Below, piece by piece: positions 16,711-28,132 of a stretch of DNA of 64,000 nt. Every line of letters begins with the position of its first letter. Positions within the stretch are counted from its first letter, which is position 1. A program made the position numbers and the translations under genes. Below the pieces are notes generated by a model that saw only the letters and a program-made list of their open reading frames with translations, ran no database searches and was not told where the DNA came from. Source of the stretch: Sneathiellales bacterium (GTDB taxonomy: Bacteria > Pseudomonadota > Alphaproteobacteria > JANQFL01); contig JANQFL010000011.1 in the NCBI GenBank assembly GCA_028277845.1, positions 200,887 through 264,886 on the forward strand, in the 5' to 3' direction.

Positions 16711-17781
16711 TCAAACCCGGACGGCCCGCACCGCGCGCGAACCGCAGCATGCAAGGATGGCCTCGCCGACCTTTCCGATGCCGACCTGCGTTTCCACGCC
16801 GCCGGCCTCGAAGGCGGCTTTCGGCATGCCGTAGACAACACAGGTGTTCTCGTCCTGCCCGATCGTGTTGGCACCGGCGTCACGCATGCATTTGAGCCCC
16901 TCGGCGCCATCACGGCCCATGCCGGTGAGAATAACCCCGACCGCATTGGCCCGCGCCACCTTGGCTACCGAAGAAAACAACACGTCGACGGACGGCCGAT
17001 GTCCACTGACGGGTGGTTGATCGTGCAATCGACAGACATAGTTGGCGCCCGAACGGGCCAGTTCGAGATGTTGATCACCCGGTGCGATGTATACGTGCCC
17101 GGGCAGCACGCGTTCGTTATGGCGTGCTTCCGACACGGATACATTGGCCATCTTGTTCAGACGTTCCGCGAAACTCGTTGTGAATTTCTCCGGCATATGT
17201 TGCGTCACCAGGATCGCCGGGCTGTCCGCGGGCAGCGGTATCACGACATCGCGAATGGCTTCCACACCGCCCGTCGACGCGCCGATCGCGACGACTTTCT
17301 CGGTTGACGAAAACCCTATGCCGGTCTTCAACGGTTTCCGGCTCGCCGCCGTTGAACGGTCGGTGCGGCGGACCCGGGCATTGGCGGCGGCTTTGACCTT
17401 GGCGATGATTTCCGCCTGTTTCTCGGACAGCCCCTGGGCCAAGTCCTGTGCCGGTTTGCCGACGAAGTCGACGGCACCGACTTCCAGCGCCTGAACGGTG
17501 GCTTCCGCGCCTTCCTGTGTCAGAGACGACACCATCACCACGGGCATCGGCCGCAACGACATGATTTTGGAGAGAAAAGACAACCCGTCCATCCTGGGCA
17601 TCTCGATATCCAGCGTCAGGACATCCGGATTGAGCTGTTTGATCTTGTCGCGGGCGACATAGGGATCGGGTGCCGCGAAAACGACTTCGATGTCGGGGTC
17701 GGCGTTGAGCATGGTTGTCAGCATTTGGCGCATCAGCGCCGAGTCGTCGACAACAATTACGCGGATGGGTTTGTCGGGCAT
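16711..17781 (-). CDS. cheB: Chemotaxis methylesterase
   Basis: Receiver domain plus [18 protein letters not shown]. Confidence 0.96.
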   Translation of the reverse strand: MPDKPIRVIVVDDSALMRQMLTTMLNADPDIEVVFAAPDPYVARDKIKQLNPDVLTLDIEMPRMDGLSFLSKIMSLRPMPVVMVSSLTQEGAEATVQALEVGAVDFVGKPAQDLAQGLSEKQAEIIAKVKAAANARVRRTDRSTAASRKPLKTGIGFSSTEKVVAIGASTGGVEAIRDVVIPLPADSPAILVTQHMPEKFTTSFAERLNKMANVSVSEARHNERVLPGHVYIAPGDQHLELARSGANYVCRLHDQPPVSGHRPSVDVLFSSVAKVARANAVGVILTGMGRDGAEGLKCMRDAGANTIGQDENTCVVYGMPKAAFEAGGVETQVGIGKVGEAILACCGSRAVRAVRV

Positions 17782-17790
17782 GGTGCGGCC

Positions 17791-18462
17791 TCAATCGAAC
17801 AGTTCGACATCACCGGCCACGGGCTTGCCGGCGATGGTCGCTTTGTATTTGCATTCGTTGGCGATGACAGCGCCGTCGCTGCTACGCCGCAGCAGCAGCC
17901 GCTTGACCTTGCCGGTGGCGGGAAAGTAGTGAATGCGCCGCGGCCGCTTGCCGCCGAGATCGACGGCCGTCGCCTCCAATCCCTCGTTCTTGAGATAATG
18001 CAAGGCGAAATCGGCGTTACGTTCGCCGATGAGCAATGATCCGTCCATGACGTTGCCGCCACCGAACAGCTTGATCTCCAACCGCCAGCGCGGACATCCC
18101 CGAACCAAGACGGTATTGATTAGGGTTTCCATGGCGTGGTTGCCGTATCGCATGGCGACGCCGCTGGTTTCACCCCAGTCGCCGGTGCTGCTGGCCGGCA
18201 ACATGAAATGATTCATGCCGCCGAAACCGGTTTCGGGATCACGGACACAGGCCGAAACGCAAGAGCCGAGTACCGTTACCAACATGTCTTCCGGATTCGA
18301 CGTGACATAATGTTCTCCCGGCAGCACCTTGCAGGCATAGGCGCGGAACATGGGATCGAAATAGCGTTTGATATGATGCGGCGGTTCGGGCTGACGGCGG
18401 TCCGGCGCGGTGCCACGCCGGTCACGCTTGCCGAAATCGGTCCGTGCGGCGGCAGTTGTCAT
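17791..18462 (-). CDS. cheD: Chemoreceptor glutamine deamidase
   Basis: TVLGSCVS, GMNHFMLP, KLFGGG, IGERN. Confidence 0.95.
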   Translation of the reverse strand: MTTAAARTDFGKRDRRGTAPDRRQPEPPHHIKRYFDPMFRAYACKVLPGEHYVTSNPEDMLVTVLGSCVSACVRDPETGFGGMNHFMLPASSTGDWGETSGVAMRYGNHAMETLINTVLVRGCPRWRLEIKLFGGGNVMDGSLLIGERNADFALHYLKNEGLEATAVDLGGKRPRRIHYFPATGKVKRLLLRRSSDGAVIANECKYKATIAGKPVAGDVELFD

Positions 18463-19310
18463 GCCACCCTCCGGTAGACGGTCCGGCCCACAATCTTATA
18501 GCGCTGGCCGTCTTCGCGCAGGGATTCCGAATGCCCGATATAAAGCCACCCGCCCGGCTTGAGCAGAGAGGCGAATCGGTCGACCAGCCGTGCCTTGGTC
18601 GCCGCGTCGAAATAGATCATGACGTTGCGGCAGAAGATGGCATCGAACGGCCCCTTCATCGGCCAATTACCCAGCAAATTGAGCTGCTTGAATGCGATCA
18701 GTTCGCGCAGCGAGTCGGCCATGCGAACCGTGCCGGCATCGGCGGATTGGCAGAACTTGGCGTAGTAGCCGGCCGGCAGGGCTTCCTTGCAACTGGCGCC
18801 GTAGACACCGGCCCGGCCGGTGGCGACCATGTTGGTATCCAGGTCGGTGGCCAGGATGCGCGCATCCCAGGTATCCATGTTCGGCAGGGCACTGCGCGCC
18901 GTCATGGCGATCGAATAGGGTTCTTCGCCCGAAGAGCAGCCGGCCGACCAGATTCGCAGACGCTTCGACCCACCCGCCAATGCCTGAGCGTTGAGATCGC
19001 CGAGAACGGCCTCCTGCAAGTGATCGAAATGATGGGATTCGCGGAAGAATTTGGTCAGGTTGGTCGTAATGGCGTTGATGGCGTAACCGATTTCGTCACT
19101 GCCACCGTCGGCGATAAGGGCGCAATAGTCCTTGAAGGTCGACAGACCCAGTGCCCGCAACCGCCGGGCCAAACGGGCGTAGACCATGTTCTTTTTATGG
19201 TCGCCGAGGACAATGCCGGACTTTTCGTAGACGAGACGGGCCAGATAGGCGAACTCCTGTTCGGAGAACGCGAATTCCCGGTCCGCTTCCTGTTGTGCCA
19301 AAGCTTGCAT
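18459..19310 (-). CDS. cheR: Chemotaxis methyltransferase
   Basis: TTNLTKFFRE, IWSAGCSSGEEPYS, IFCRNVMIYF. Confidence 0.96.
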   Translation of the reverse strand: MQALAQQEADREFAFSEQEFAYLARLVYEKSGIVLGDHKKNMVYARLARRLRALGLSTFKDYCALIADGGSDEIGYAINAITTNLTKFFRESHHFDHLQEAVLGDLNAQALAGGSKRLRIWSAGCSSGEEPYSIAMTARSALPNMDTWDARILATDLDTNMVATGRAGVYGASCKEALPAGYYAKFCQSADAGTVRMADSLRELIAFKQLNLLGNWPMKGPFDAIFCRNVMIYFDAATKARLVDRFASLLKPGGWLYIGHSESLREDGQRYKIVGRTVYRRVA

Positions 19311-19337
19311 GACGCTTCCGTGCTCGAAGGGGATGGC

Positions 19338-19372
19338 GGGCCGCCCCGGCGGTGCCCACGCCGGGGCGGCCC
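19338..19372. repeat. Perfect 14-bp GC-rich hairpin between the MCP gene and cheR
   Basis: GGGCCGCCCCGGCG-gtgccca-CGCCGGGGCGGCCC; no U-tract. Confidence 0.6.
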
Positions 19373-19385
19373 ACTGACGACCGGC

Positions 19386-22300
19386 CTAGAATTCGCTCCA
19401 GTCGGGGTCGTCCTCGACGGCGTCACTGATCGCCGCCTGCATTTCGGCGACGGCCACGCCGCCACCGCCACCTGCCGCGGCAACTTTCTGCATGGGAACA
19501 GGCTGACTCTTCGCTTGCGGTACCGGCGACTCGCCGCCGCCCGAAGCACCGGCGGCAACACCGTCGCTCAATCCGCCCTCAATGGAGAAGAACTCCATGC
19601 GGCTGTGCATGTTCCGCGATTGGTCTTCCAGTGTCTTGGCGGCCGCGGCGTTCTCCTCGACCAGGGCCGAGTTCTGCTGGGTCATCTCGTCCATTTGCGA
19701 TACGGCCGAATTGATCTGCTCGACACCGGTGGACTGCTCGTTGCTGGCGGCAGCGATCTCCGAGACGATATCGGTGACCCGCTTGATGGAGTCGACGATC
19801 TCGTTGAGAGACTCGCCGGCCGCGTTGACCAGCTTGACGCCGCCTTGGACCTGATTGCCGCTATCGACGATGAGCGATTTGATGTCCTTGGCCGCCTGGG
19901 ACGACCTCTGTGCCAGGGTACGAACCTCTGAGGCCACAACGGCAAAGCCCTTGCCGGCGTCGCCGGCCCTGGCGGCTTCCACCGCGGCATTGAGGGCCAG
20001 CAGGTTGGTCTGGAAGGCGATTTCGTCGATCACGCCGATGATGTCGGATATCTTCTGCGAAGAATCCTCGATCTTCGACATGGCATCGACCGCTTCACCG
20101 ACCACATTGCCGCCATTGGTGGCAATGTCGCGGGCGCTGATGGCCAACTGGTTGGCCTGCTGGGCGTTTTCGGCGTTCTGCTTGACCGTGGAGGCCATTT
20201 CCTCCATGGACGCGGCGGTTTCCTCCAGATTCGACGCCTGTTGTTCCGTGCGCTGAGACAGATCGGCGCTACCGTTGGAGATTTCCGAGGCGGCGTTGGC
20301 CACTTCGTTGGCCGCCACCATGATCTCGGTGACGATCTCGCTTAACTTGGTCGACGTGGTGTTGGCGTCGTTCTTCAGCGATTCGAACGCACCGCTGTAA
20401 TCCTTCGTAATGCGCTCGTTGAGATTACCGTCGGACAGGGCGCCCAGCACGCGGCCTACATCCTCCACCGCGTCGGCGACATTGGACGAGAGGCTGTTCA
20501 TGGCCTCGGCCAGCGTCTTCATGAAGCCGTCCTTACCGTCCAGCCCAATGCGGCGGCTGAAATCACCGGCGATGGCCGCCTGCACGACTTCGTCGACCTC
20601 GCTTTCGACCAGCTTCTCCTGGGTGATGTCCTTCCACTCGACGACGGTGCCGATGCGGTCGCCGTTATCGGGATCGATCACCGGATTACCGACCAGATTG
20701 AAGAACCGGCCCGCCGGCGAAATTTCGGCCTCGTACGTACCCGACATTTTCTCGAGCAAACCGCGCTGGTGCGCCGGGTTTTTGTGGAAGGTATCCATGT
20801 TGGTGCCGATCAGATTGGCGATGTCCAACTGGGGCAGTTCCTTCTTCAGGTCGGATTCCGCGTTGCGCAGCATGTCGACCATGGTCTTGTTCATGTAGAC
20901 GATATCGAAATTGCCGTCGGCGACCATGACGTTGGTCTTGCAGTTGTCGAGGGCGATCCGGATACGCAGATTCTCCTGGGCGGCGCGTTTTTCTTCACGC
21001 TCCCGGGCCAAACGCTCGGTCTTGTCGTCCCATTCGACGACGGTGCCGAGACGATTGCCGTTTTCGTCCAGTACCGGGTTGGCGATCAATCCGAACGTAC
21101 GTCCGGCCACTTCGATATCCGTGGCGTGGGTATCCTTCAGATTGGCGATCATCTGGCGCTGATGGGACGGATCCTTGTGGAAAACATCCACGTTGGTGCC
21201 CATTAGTTTGCCGCTGTCGAAATGGGTCAATTCCTTGGTCAGATCGGCTTCGGCGTTTCGCATCATCTCGTGCATCGTCTGGTTCATGTAGACGATGTTC
21301 ATGTCGTCGTCGGCGACCATGACGTTGGTGTTGCAGTTGTCGAGCGCAATCTTGATGCGCAGGTTATCGCGCGCCACCAACTCCTGTTCCAACTTGCGAT
21401 CCTTGAACACCTGAACGGCGCTGGCCAGGACACCGAACTCGTCACGCCGGCCCAGTCCCGGAACCGGTACGTCCTCGCCGTCGGCCAGTTGCGTCACGGC
21501 ATCGCTGATGGCCTGTACGGGTCGGGACACCGTGCGGGCCAGGAAGAAGCCGATGGTGCCGACACCCAGCACACTACCCAGGGTGATCAGCAGAATGAGA
21601 TTTCGCATATCCCGGACCGGCGCCTCGATTTCCTCCAGCTCGGCTTCCATGATCAGGGCATAGTTATGGCCATGGAACTCGAAAGGCAGATACGAGGACA
21701 GTACTTCGGTGCCGTGATAGCCGGTGATGATCCGGGTACCGGATTCACCGTTGAGGGCGGCCGTGACGGTTTCGGTGTCGACCTTCTGTTTGAGAACAGT
21801 CGATTCCTTCATCAGCCGCGAGTCGTTCCGCATAAAACGGTCTTCACCGACCAGGAACGCCTCGCCGGTTTCACCCAATCCATGCGATAGACCGAGCACT
21901 TTGTTGAACTTGTCCGTCGGCATCATGACGGCCAGTACGCCGATCGGATTGCCACCCTCATCGAGCACGATGGTCGACATGAAGCTGGCCGGGTCCCCGT
22001 GGGACGGCTCGTAGGGCTTGAAGTCGTAATAGGACTGATACTCCGGACTGGGATTATTGCGTGCCGCCCGGTAGGCATTGCCCAGGTCGGTTTCGCGCCA
22101 CCGCCCGGTCATCACGTTGGTTGCGAAGTCCGTTTCCTTGAACACCGAATAGACCAGATTGCCGTCCATATCGAACAGAAAGACGTCATGGTAGCCGTGC
22201 TCGTGCATCACGTCGCGGAACCAGGGGTGAAACCGGCGATGGATTTCGCTATAGGCGCTGCCATCGGGCGCGGCGTCGTACCTGTCTTTCTCGGCAACGG

Positions 22301-22688
22301 GATTAGGGTTCTCCTGGATATACAGTTTTTGCAGCGTCCGGGTCTGATTGCCAACCAACGCATTCCAGCCGCGGGTAAACTCGGAAACCGCCTCGCGGAC
22401 GGCCAGGTTGGTCGACATCAAGTGCAGATCGTGTTCGATGCTTTCAAGATATTCCTTGAGGTCGACGTGGCGGGTATCGAGCAGGGAACTGATGCGCAGT
22501 TCCGCTTCCTTGCGGACCTCGATCTCTGAGGACACATAGCTGCCGACGCCGACGCCCAATGCCGCCAGCAATGCAGCGCCGGCAATGATCAGCGGCAGTT
22601 TCGTGCCGACATTCATGTCAAGTTTCAGCCAGCGGCGCTTGGCCTTGGGTTCGGCGATCTCTACATCGTCGATCGTGGTGGTGGTCAT
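19386..22688 (-). CDS. Membrane chemoreceptor: TM-Cache-TM-HAMP, two Aer2-like PAS domains, MCP signalling domain, C-terminal pentapeptide
   Basis: Two TMs; YHDVFLFD...YEPS Cache-like domain; two PAS copies with FHK(D/N)P and VVEW; [17 protein letters not shown]; ends DWSEF. Confidence 0.92.
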   Translation of the reverse strand: MTTTTIDDVEIAEPKAKRRWLKLDMNVGTKLPLIIAGAALLAALGVGVGSYVSSEIEVRKEAELRISSLLDTRHVDLKEYLESIEHDLHLMSTNLAVREAVSEFTRGWNALVGNQTRTLQKLYIQENPNPVAEKDRYDAAPDGSAYSEIHRRFHPWFRDVMHEHGYHDVFLFDMDGNLVYSVFKETDFATNVMTGRWRETDLGNAYRAARNNPSPEYQSYYDFKPYEPSHGDPASFMSTIVLDEGGNPIGVLAVMMPTDKFNKVLGLSHGLGETGEAFLVGEDRFMRNDSRLMKESTVLKQKVDTETVTAALNGESGTRIITGYHGTEVLSSYLPFEFHGHNYALIMEAELEEIEAPVRDMRNLILLITLGSVLGVGTIGFFLARTVSRPVQAISDAVTQLADGEDVPVPGLGRRDEFGVLASAVQVFKDRKLEQELVARDNLRIKIALDNCNTNVMVADDDMNIVYMNQTMHEMMRNAEADLTKELTHFDSGKLMGTNVDVFHKDPSHQRQMIANLKDTHATDIEVAGRTFGLIANPVLDENGNRLGTVVEWDDKTERLAREREEKRAAQENLRIRIALDNCKTNVMVADGNFDIVYMNKTMVDMLRNAESDLKKELPQLDIANLIGTNMDTFHKNPAHQRGLLEKMSGTYEAEISPAGRFFNLVGNPVIDPDNGDRIGTVVEWKDITQEKLVESEVDEVVQAAIAGDFSRRIGLDGKDGFMKTLAEAMNSLSSNVADAVEDVGRVLGALSDGNLNERITKDYSGAFESLKNDANTTSTKLSEIVTEIMVAANEVANAASEISNGSADLSQRTEQQASNLEETAASMEEMASTVKQNAENAQQANQLAISARDIATNGGNVVGEAVDAMSKIEDSSQKISDIIGVIDEIAFQTNLLALNAAVEAARAGDAGKGFAVVASEVRTLAQRSSQAAKDIKSLIVDSGNQVQGGVKLVNAAGESLNEIVDSIKRVTDIVSEIAAASNEQSTGVEQINSAVSQMDEMTQQNSALVEENAAAAKTLEDQSRNMHSRMEFFSIEGGLSDGVAAGASGGGESPVPQAKSQPVPMQKVAAAGGGGGVAVAEMQAAISDAVEDDPDWSEF

Positions 22689-22722
22689 TGCGGGTTCCTC
22701 GAATGAAGTGTTTTTGATTACG

Positions 22723-23301
22723 TTATGCGTTAGCGATCTCGGCGGCGGCGGCAACCGTGTCGATGTCGCCGGCAAACAATTCTCCCAGGTTGAGTAACGC
22801 GACCATGCTGTCGTTGATCGATACGAGCCCGGACAGGAATTGCGCATCGTTCGTTCGTTCCATCTCGGGCACCGGCCGGATTTCTTCGCTGCCGACCGTC
22901 AGAATGTCGGATACGGCGTCAACCAACAGTCCGACGATGCGTTCGCCGATGCTGACGATGATGACGACATGCGTGGGCGTCGCTTCGGTCGATCCCATGC
23001 CGAACCGGCAGCGCATATCAAAGATCGGCACGATGACACCGCGCAGGTTCAGCACACCCCGCATGTACTCCGGTTGATTCGGCAGCGACGTCACTTCGGT
23101 CCACCCCTTGATCTCCCGCACTGAAATGATATCGACGGCGTATTCCTCGCTGCCGATGGTAAAGCTGATGAACTGACACGTTTCACCTGAGCTTTCCGCC
23201 TGTTCCTCTTCCCGCCAGCCGTCGCCGGATGCCATGGCGGCATTGGGACCTGTTGCGGTTGGGTCCTGCGATTCGATTTGGGTCTGGTCAGTCAGTTCCA
23301 T
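22723..23301 (-). CDS. cheW: Chemotaxis scaffold protein
   Basis: [27 protein letters not shown]. Confidence 0.95.
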   Translation of the reverse strand: MELTDQTQIESQDPTATGPNAAMASGDGWREEEQAESSGETCQFISFTIGSEEYAVDIISVREIKGWTEVTSLPNQPEYMRGVLNLRGVIVPIFDMRCRFGMGSTEATPTHVVIIVSIGERIVGLLVDAVSDILTVGSEEIRPVPEMERTNDAQFLSGLVSINDSMVALLNLGELFAGDIDTVAAAAEIANA

Positions 23302-25508
23302 GACTGTGGCTCCGGGTTTGCGTTGTCAGAAGTGGGGACGGGCGGACGTCCGATAGCGAGCGCGGTCGCATCAGTCGGAGGGGTCAGTTCGCTACCGGAC
23401 GCCGCCCGAACCGGAGGGGAGGTAGCCTGAGTGCCCAGGCCGCCGTTGGTGCGGCATGGGCCGAGGGATGCGCTCTCCAAGGCGTCGAGGTCGAGGATCA
23501 GAGCCACCCGGCCGTTGCCGAGAATGGTGGCGCCCGAAATACCGTCGACCGGATCGTAATTGGCTTCAAGGCTCTTGATGACGACCTGCTGCTGGCCCAG
23601 CAGTTCGTCGACAAACACGCCGATACGGCTGCCGTTCTCGGTTTCGACAAGTACGACCAACCCGCTGGAGGGATCGGTGATGGCGTCCGGAACGTCGAAC
23701 TGGCGATGCAGATAGACCATGCGGATATAGTCGCCGCGGATCGACACAACCTCGCTTTGGTTGACCAGGGTGTGGATGTCATTGGGTTCCGGCCGCAGGG
23801 TCTCGACGATGCTGGTCAAAGGCAGGACGTATTTCTCGGCACCGACCGCGACGATCATTCCGTCCAGCACCGCCAGGGTCAGCGGTAGGGTCAGGGAGAA
23901 CCGGCTGCCTTTGCCGGGAACCGAATCCACCGACACGCGGCCGCCGAGATTGGCGATGTTGCGTCGGACCACGTCCATGCCGACGCCGCGGCCCGATACA
24001 TCGGTGACCTCGTCGGCCGTCGAAAAGCCGGCCTCGAAGATCAGGTTGTCGATCTCCTCGTCGGCCGGATGGGCATCGGCGGCGACGATACCGCGTTCGA
24101 CCGCCTTGGCCAGAACCTTTTCACGGTCGATGCCGCGACCGTCGTCCTCGATCTGGATCAGGATCCGACCGCCCCGATGTTCGGCGGACAGCTTGATACG
24201 GCCTTCGGCGGGTTTGCCGGCGGCCTGCCGTTCCTCGGGCGATTCCAGACCGTGGTCCAGGGAGTTACGGATCATGTGCGTCAATGGATCACCGAGTTCC
24301 TCGATCACCGTCTTGTCGATCTCCGTTTCCTCGCCGCTGGTTTCCAGAACCACCTTCTTGCCCAATTTGGACGACAGGTCGCGGACGATCCTGGGCATGC
24401 GCGAAAAAACGGATTTCACCGGCTGCATGCGGATGGCCATGACGCCTTCCTGCAGTTCCCGCGTATGAAGTGCGAGATCCTCGAGGCCTTGCATGGGTAC
24501 GCCGGCACCCTCGCCGGTGTTGTCCAGAACCTGCTGGCGCAGCATGGCCTGCGTGATGACCAGTTCGCCTACCATGTTGACGAGGCGGTCGATGCGATCG
24601 AGGTCCACCCGGATGGAATTGACCTTCGAGCGTTTACCCGAACCGCCGTCGCCGGCTTGGGCGGACGGCTGTTTGGCCTTCTGCGCCTTATCGTCCTTGG
24701 CAGCCGCGGTAACGCTCGGCTCGTCGTTGTTCCGAGAGGGTGCGTCTTCGCTGCCTGGTGTCGCCGTGATGTCCAAGTCGCAATCGTCGACGACAAACTC
24801 GAAGACCTCCTCGATGGCCTGCAAAGGCTGATCGCTGGTCAACACGAACGTCCAGCCAATATAGGCCTGCTCGGGATCGAGGGACTGCAAGGGCGGCAGC
24901 TTCGCACAGTCGGGTTTGGCGACGACATCGCCCAGCCGACGCAGTTCGCGGACCAGAAGCAGAGGTTCGTTGGCGTGACGAAACAGGTCGGCGTGTGGCC
25001 GGAATACGATGGTGTAGATCATTGTTCCGGTGTCTTGCGGCGCGCTCGGGCCGGCATCTTGCGTGTCTGCGGCGGGGCCATCATCGGCGCCGGATACGCC
25101 TTTGATGACGTCGATCTGGTTCTGGATCTGCTCCAGTGTGTCGGAACCGAAACCGTCCTCGACTGCGCGATTGTCCTGCGCCGCGTCGACCAGGTCTGCG
25201 ACGATGTCCGCGGCCTTGATCAATAGCTGGCACACCTCGTCGGTCACCTCGGCTTCGCCCGCACGAAGTAGGTCGAGCAGGTTCTCGAACGCGTGGCTGA
25301 ACTCGACCAGCTCGACAAACTTGAATGCCCCGGCGCCGGCCTTGATGGAATGAATCGCCCGGAAGATGGCATTCATGTCCTCGGAATCGATGTGCGCCGC
25401 ATCAAGCGACGTCAGCCGATTTTCGAGATCGCTGAGCAGTTCGGCGCATTCTTCGAAGAATGTCGCGGCAAACTGTGCGAGGGGATCTGCTGGGTTTTTC
25501 TCGGTCAT
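23292..25508 (-). CDS. cheA: Chemotaxis histidine kinase
   Basis: FRAIHSIKAGA (P1), SIRVD, HMIRNSLDHG, SGRGVGMDVV, CheW-like P5. Confidence 0.96.
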   Translation of the reverse strand: MTEKNPADPLAQFAATFFEECAELLSDLENRLTSLDAAHIDSEDMNAIFRAIHSIKAGAGAFKFVELVEFSHAFENLLDLLRAGEAEVTDEVCQLLIKAADIVADLVDAAQDNRAVEDGFGSDTLEQIQNQIDVIKGVSGADDGPAADTQDAGPSAPQDTGTMIYTIVFRPHADLFRHANEPLLLVRELRRLGDVVAKPDCAKLPPLQSLDPEQAYIGWTFVLTSDQPLQAIEEVFEFVVDDCDLDITATPGSEDAPSRNNDEPSVTAAAKDDKAQKAKQPSAQAGDGGSGKRSKVNSIRVDLDRIDRLVNMVGELVITQAMLRQQVLDNTGEGAGVPMQGLEDLALHTRELQEGVMAIRMQPVKSVFSRMPRIVRDLSSKLGKKVVLETSGEETEIDKTVIEELGDPLTHMIRNSLDHGLESPEERQAAGKPAEGRIKLSAEHRGGRILIQIEDDGRGIDREKVLAKAVERGIVAADAHPADEEIDNLIFEAGFSTADEVTDVSGRGVGMDVVRRNIANLGGRVSVDSVPGKGSRFSLTLPLTLAVLDGMIVAVGAEKYVLPLTSIVETLRPEPNDIHTLVNQSEVVSIRGDYIRMVYLHRQFDVPDAITDPSSGLVVLVETENGSRIGVFVDELLGQQQVVIKSLEANYDPVDGISGATILGNGRVALILDLDALESASLGPCRTNGGLGTQATSPPVRAASGSELTPPTDATALAIGRPPVPTSDNANPEPQSWN

Positions 25509-25522
25509 GGCACGTTTCGAAG

Positions 25523-25888
25523 TCAGCCGCAGACCTTGCCGACGACTTGCAGCAGTTTTTCCGGTTCAAACGGTTTGACGATCCAACCGGTGGCGCCGGC
25601 GGCGCGGCCTTCGGACTTTTTCTGGTCATCCGATTCCGTGGTCAGAATCAGTATGGGTGTCGTGCGATGGCTGGGATTTTCGCGCAGCTTTTTGACCAGC
25701 GTAATGCCATCCATGTTCGGCATGTTGATGTCGGTGATCACCAGATCGACCCGTCCGTCACCCAGCGTGGACAGGGCGTTGACGCCGTCATCGGCTTCAA
25801 TGACGTCATAGCCGGCGTTCTTGAGCGTGAAACAAACCATGTCGCGCATGGTCTTGGAATCGTCGACCGTCAATACGCGTTTCGACAT
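25523..25888 (-). CDS. cheY: Chemotaxis response regulator
   Basis: Single receiver domain VDDS...TDINMP...VKPF, upstream of cheA. Confidence 0.93.
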   Translation of the reverse strand: MSKRVLTVDDSKTMRDMVCFTLKNAGYDVIEADDGVNALSTLGDGRVDLVITDINMPNMDGITLVKKLRENPSHRTTPILILTTESDDQKKSEGRAAGATGWIVKPFEPEKLLQVVGKVCG

Positions 25889-26200
25889 TTACTCGTCCCT
25901 CCAGTCATTCAACTCGGCGGCAAATCCCAAGTCCACGAACGCCTTCTGCAGTACATCCGACGGTGTAACCATGATCAGTCTGCGATTTCCGGCGCGCAGG
26001 ATTTCTGACGCTGAGAGCAGGACCTGCAATCCGGGCGTGTCGATCCTTTCGACCGCGGCACCTTGAACGGCGACGTCACCGGTGCCGCTGACCGCATCAA
26101 GCAGGGCATCCTTTAGGGTCTCCGCCGAAACCAAGTCGATTATGGGAATCAGAGTGACCTGGGAATGGTCGTTCCGATGCTCCACCGCAAAGTCACCCAC
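25889..26200 (-). CDS. STAS domain protein heading the che operon
   Basis: 103 aa, VERIDTPGLQVLL; typical first gene of F7/F8-type che operons. Confidence 0.82.
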   Translation of the reverse strand: MGDFAVEHRNDHSQVTLIPIIDLVSAETLKDALLDAVSGTGDVAVQGAAVERIDTPGLQVLLSASEILRAGNRRLIMVTPSDVLQKAFVDLGFAAELNDWRDE

Positions 26201-26313
26201 ACCGCAACCTCATACGTCCTTTGTATTAGTTTCAATTTTGAGAAGAGCGCCGCGGTACAAATTTTTAGTTGCACTTCGGCTCCTTTCGGTGGGCAAATTT
26301 TGAAATTCGATTG

Positions 26314-26329
26314 GTTAAAAAATGCTTAT
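26314..26329 (-). promoter_or_regulatory. Possible CtrA box upstream of the che operon
   Basis: Minus strand ATAA-N7-TTAAC, one mismatch to TTAA-N7-TTAAC, in an AT-rich intergenic region. Confidence 0.4.
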
Positions 26330-26609
26330 CCATATCTATTTCTAGGGATTTTACGCGCTGTAATTGCATACTATTGATTGTAAAATTAAGCCTTATTGCG
26401 AGAATTTGAGTAGAAATAGGAACTTATGTCACGATATTCGTTACAAACACACGCAATGCTTGATTTATTAGACCATCCTCAATCCACACACCTTCCGATC
26501 GGTTTTTCTACTTTATTGATATAATTCCTTTGATTATGTCGCGTGGCGTTCATTTCATCAGTCGGCGCACGTCTCCAGTGGCGCGGCCACCGCCGGGACT
26601 GAAAGTCTG

Positions 26610-26654
26610 TTGACGCAGGTCACTCACATTTCGCATGATAGTCATCATACGAAA
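26610..26654 (+). promoter_or_regulatory. Promoter with overlapping TetR-type operator
   Basis: TTGACG at 26610; imperfect palindrome TTTCGCATGATAGTCATCATACGAAA (26629-26654) over the -10 region. Confidence 0.6.
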
Positions 26655-26679
26655 CAGTCATGCAGCTCCTGAGCCGGAA

Positions 26680-27315
26680 ATGAACAACTGTGGTTCCCGC
26701 GCGCAACGCAAGGCAGAGACCCGGCAGGCCATTGTGGCATCCGCGGCACGGTTATTCCGCCAACATGGCATAGAAGGCACGTCCGTCGCCGATGTCATGT
26801 CCGATGCCGGCCTGACGCACGGCGGATTTTACAGTCATTTCGCCGACAAGAACGCCCTGGTGGCGGAGGCCTTTGCGTTTGCAGCGCGGCAACGCGACAG
26901 TTGGTTTTCCGGTTTGGAGAATTCCGATCGCCAGGGTTGGCTGGCCCGTGTGACCAAGCGGTATCTGAACAAGCGGCACCGCGATAATCCTCAGGAAGGG
27001 TGCCCTTTTCCGGCCATGTGTTACGAAATGGCGGATCTCCCCAAAGACCATCGCGCCAGCGTCGACGCAGCCATCGAAGAAGCCGTCAGGCGCATAGCGC
27101 CCAATGTGGCGGACGAACGAGACCCGTCCGGGAAACACACCGCGCTGGCCTTGCTCTCCTTATTCGCCGGCGCGACGCTGTTGTCCCGCTCCGTCAACTC
27201 CGAAGCGCTTGCGGACGCATTGCTTGAAGCGGGCCGCCGGTTCGTTCTGCCGCAAGATACCTGCGCCCCGTCACATGCCTCACCACACACGCAAGACAAC
27301 AGGGAAGCCGAATGA
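26680..27315 (+). CDS. TetR family transcriptional regulator
   Basis: HTH GIEGTSVADVMSDAGLTHGGFYSHF; GCP motif. Confidence 0.92.
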   Translation: MNNCGSRAQRKAETRQAIVASAARLFRQHGIEGTSVADVMSDAGLTHGGFYSHFADKNALVAEAFAFAARQRDSWFSGLENSDRQGWLARVTKRYLNKRHRDNPQEGCPFPAMCYEMADLPKDHRASVDAAIEEAVRRIAPNVADERDPSGKHTALALLSLFAGATLLSRSVNSEALADALLEAGRRFVLPQDTCAPSHASPHTQDNREAE

Positions 27316-28106
27316 CCTACGAAACACTCCGATTCGAGCAAAGCGACGGTGTCGCGACCATCACGCTCAGCCGTCCGGACGACGCCAATGCCCTCGACAA
27401 GACCATGGCACGGGAACTGATGGATGCCGCGTTTCGCTGCGACGAAAGTCAAAGCGTTCGGTCCGTCCTGCTGACGGGAACCGGATCCATGTTCTGTGCC
27501 GGGGGCGATCTCAAGTATTTTCAATCTGTAGGCACCGAAAATCTCGGCACGACACTGAAAGAAGTCGCCACGTATCTGCACGTTGCCATTTCCCATTTTC
27601 AGCGCATGCGGGCGCCGCTCGTCATCGCCGTCAACGGTACGGCCGCGGGCGCCGGCATGAGTTTGGCGGTGACGGGCGACCTGGTGCTGGCCGCGGAGTC
27701 GGCCAAGTTCACCATGGCCTACACGGCCGCCGGTCTGTCGCCCGACGGCAGTTCGAGTTATTTCCTGCCCCGTTTGATCGGGTTGCGCCGTACCCAGGAA
27801 CTGATGATCACCAACCGGCGGCTCAGTGCCACCGAAGCCCTGGATTGGGGACTGGTGACACAGGTCGTCGGTGACGATGACCTTACCCAAACCGCCGGCG
27901 ATCTGGCGGCCCGCCTGGCTGCCGGGCCGACCAATTCCTACGGCGTGGTCAAATCGCTGCTCGTCGACACCTACGGCAACACCTTGGAAAGCCAGATGGA
28001 AATCGAAGGCCGCAGGATCGCCGAATCAGCCGTGACTCCGGATGGGCTGGAAGGCGTAGCGGCATTTACCGAAAAACGCAAACCCGCCTTCACCGGCGCC
28101 CGCTAG
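27312..28106 (+). CDS. Enoyl-CoA hydratase/isomerase (PaaG-like)
   Basis: [30 protein letters not shown]. Confidence 0.9.
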   Translation: MTYETLRFEQSDGVATITLSRPDDANALDKTMARELMDAAFRCDESQSVRSVLLTGTGSMFCAGGDLKYFQSVGTENLGTTLKEVATYLHVAISHFQRMRAPLVIAVNGTAAGAGMSLAVTGDLVLAAESAKFTMAYTAAGLSPDGSSSYFLPRLIGLRRTQELMITNRRLSATEALDWGLVTQVVGDDDLTQTAGDLAARLAAGPTNSYGVVKSLLVDTYGNTLESQMEIEGRRIAESAVTPDGLEGVAAFTEKRKPAFTGAR

Positions 28107-28132
28107 GCCCACAAGCATCAGGGGATCTCATC

